64,000 bases of DNA, taken from Klebsormidium nitens (taxonomy: Eukaryota > Plantae > Klebsormidiophyceae). Below, one piece after another: positions 62,349 to 64,000 of the stretch (position 1 is its first letter; every line of letters starts with the position of its first letter). The notes below the pieces were generated by a model that saw only the letters and a program-made list of their open reading frames with translations, did no database searches and was not told the DNA's origin. The stretch lies in NCBI GenBank assembly GCA_000708835.1, contig DF237418.1, positions 9,340 to 73,339 on the forward strand. The letters are read 5' to 3'. The position numbers and the translations under genes are program-made.

Positions 62349-63637
62349 ATGGCGTCCGCTGAAGCAATGGAGGTTGACGAGCAAAGCACGGACAATGCAG
62401 AGGAGAAATCTCTTCCGCCGATCTCCTTCGGCAGTAAGTGCGCATTCACCTGTGGAGTTCGGAGGATGTCTTGGGGCAAAGTGCAGGCGATCTCAAACAT
62501 AAAGCGGTGTCGGACCTGCATTTTGCAACATTTTTATTGCTACATGACAGCTTTCCGTTGTTCAGAACATTGCAACTGGCGCCACAGTATTGTGCTTTGT
62601 GGCGGTATGAGTTTGGCAGCAATTTTGGTAATGGTGGCCCTGTGCAGATGCCTTATTTCAGTTGAGAATGCAAGCTTGATTGTCACAAACATTTTCTTGC
62701 GCGTGCACTGTCTGAGCGACGATTTTTTGTCTAGAATATCCAAGTCTTGTATGCAGAACAGAGAATAATCAGAGATAGACAGTGCGCTAATGTGACCCTC
62801 TATTTTTGACAAGCGGCCATCTCCCATTATAAAATCCCAATAATGGAGCAGAGACTATTTGGAGTGAAGGCAGTGCAAAATTGAATATCTTAGTGGTGGC
62901 ACAGCGAAGCACCAACAATGAGTGGCCTGACTCGGTTTTGAACAAGAGTGCCATGTTACTTCGCAGTTCTCCAGCTCATCAAGGTGGCGCAGAAGCAGCA
63001 CGGGCTGCGTCATAAGGACTACCAGCGCTACAGGTGCGATTTTACAAATCTTTATGGCTCCGCTGATCTGCGTATTGGCAGCATTTTCATCCATGGATGC
63101 ATGTTCATCGGTGCTTTTTCAATCTTCTTTGGGAGAACCTCATGGCCCCGCCAGATTAAAAGAGGAAGGCCAATGCTAGGCGGCAGCCGCTCAAACCTGT
63201 GCAAGCGAACTGACGTAGAATTTTGACTAGTGGGACCATCCAAGCACCTCAATGAAGAATGAAACCTGTAGATTGCTTCTCTGCACCAATTTGTCTTCTG
63301 GCTCTTCCTTAAAAGGGATTGGCCTGGGTTTGTCAACCTGCGGTGTTAGTGCGGCGCCCATCAGGTTTGGTGAACACCGCAAGAGCTGCTGAAACAGCTA
63401 TACCTTGGGAAATTGCCTGCACTAAGGTCTACTTCCAGCCAGCTCAACATTGCATGCCTCTTGACTTAAGCACATCAAGAGTCTCTCATTCGTTGATCAC
63501 CATACATTCTGCAGGCAGTACTGCATGCGGAGGCTACGGCGACTGTACAAGTCCCTCAAGTTTCTGCACGGAAGGGGAACGCACAAGACATATCCGAAGG
63601 GGAAGGAGGTGACGGCTGCCATGGTCACAGAAGTCAG
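62349..63637 (+). CDS. SRP68: Signal recognition particle subunit SRP68, 5' part (exons 62349-62433, 62967-63033, 63515-63637; continues beyond the window)
   Basis: ILQLIKVAQKQHGLRHKDYQRYRQYCMRRLRRLYKSLKFLHGRG...VTEVR matches the SRP68 N-terminal RNA-binding region. Confidence 0.92.
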
Positions 63638-64000
63638 GTGAGCTGTCGGGCCAATTTGTGACTTGCTGGAGTCTTCAATTTGTGACTTCCTGCTCTTCTG
63701 TTGCATCTTCTCCAATTTGGTGTTCTCTAAGATGCTTGAGGTGGCCGATTACTGCCGACATCAAACGACCTGCCGTAGCTGCAAATTCTAGAGGATCTCA
63801 AACCCAGGGTATATGTAAGAAGCTGACGATAGAGTGCATCAGACACACCCAGACGGGAAGTGGAGCATGTGCAAGATCCGACCAGAGACAAGAGCTCAAG
63901 ACTCGAAACACAGCGTGTTTGAAATGAAGATGTTGCAGATTTGGCTACCCCCATGGCTGCATGATTCTCCATATGAAGTGCGCCTAAGCATAAGGTTGCG

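Overview
Intron-rich eukaryotic DNA with GC-rich exons. Plant-type PEX12, VPS18, SRP68 and an EID1-like F-box gene sit beside the flagellar gene DRC1, which suggests a streptophyte alga such as Klebsormidium (inference). Gene models were assembled by hand from splice sites, phase continuity and recalled family motifs: PEX12 (+), a divergent bestrophin (+), a histidine-phosphatase-fold gene with a broken RHG motif (-), an orphan membrane-protein ORF (+), DRC1 (-), VPS18 (+), an EID1-like F-box gene (+), DBR1 (-) and the 5' part of SRP68 (+). Two non-autonomous TIR transposons with target-site duplications lie at 7.2-8.8 kb. The most striking unexplained structure is about 25 degenerate intronic copies of exon edges in the bestrophin, DRC1 and VPS18 genes. 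Acceptor-side copies lie upstream of the live exon and donor-side copies downstream. At VPS18 exon 10 divergence rises with distance, and many differences fall at synonymous codon positions. Two such copies form intact in-frame 63-nt candidate cassette exons. No database searches or computation were possible; all counts are by eye.
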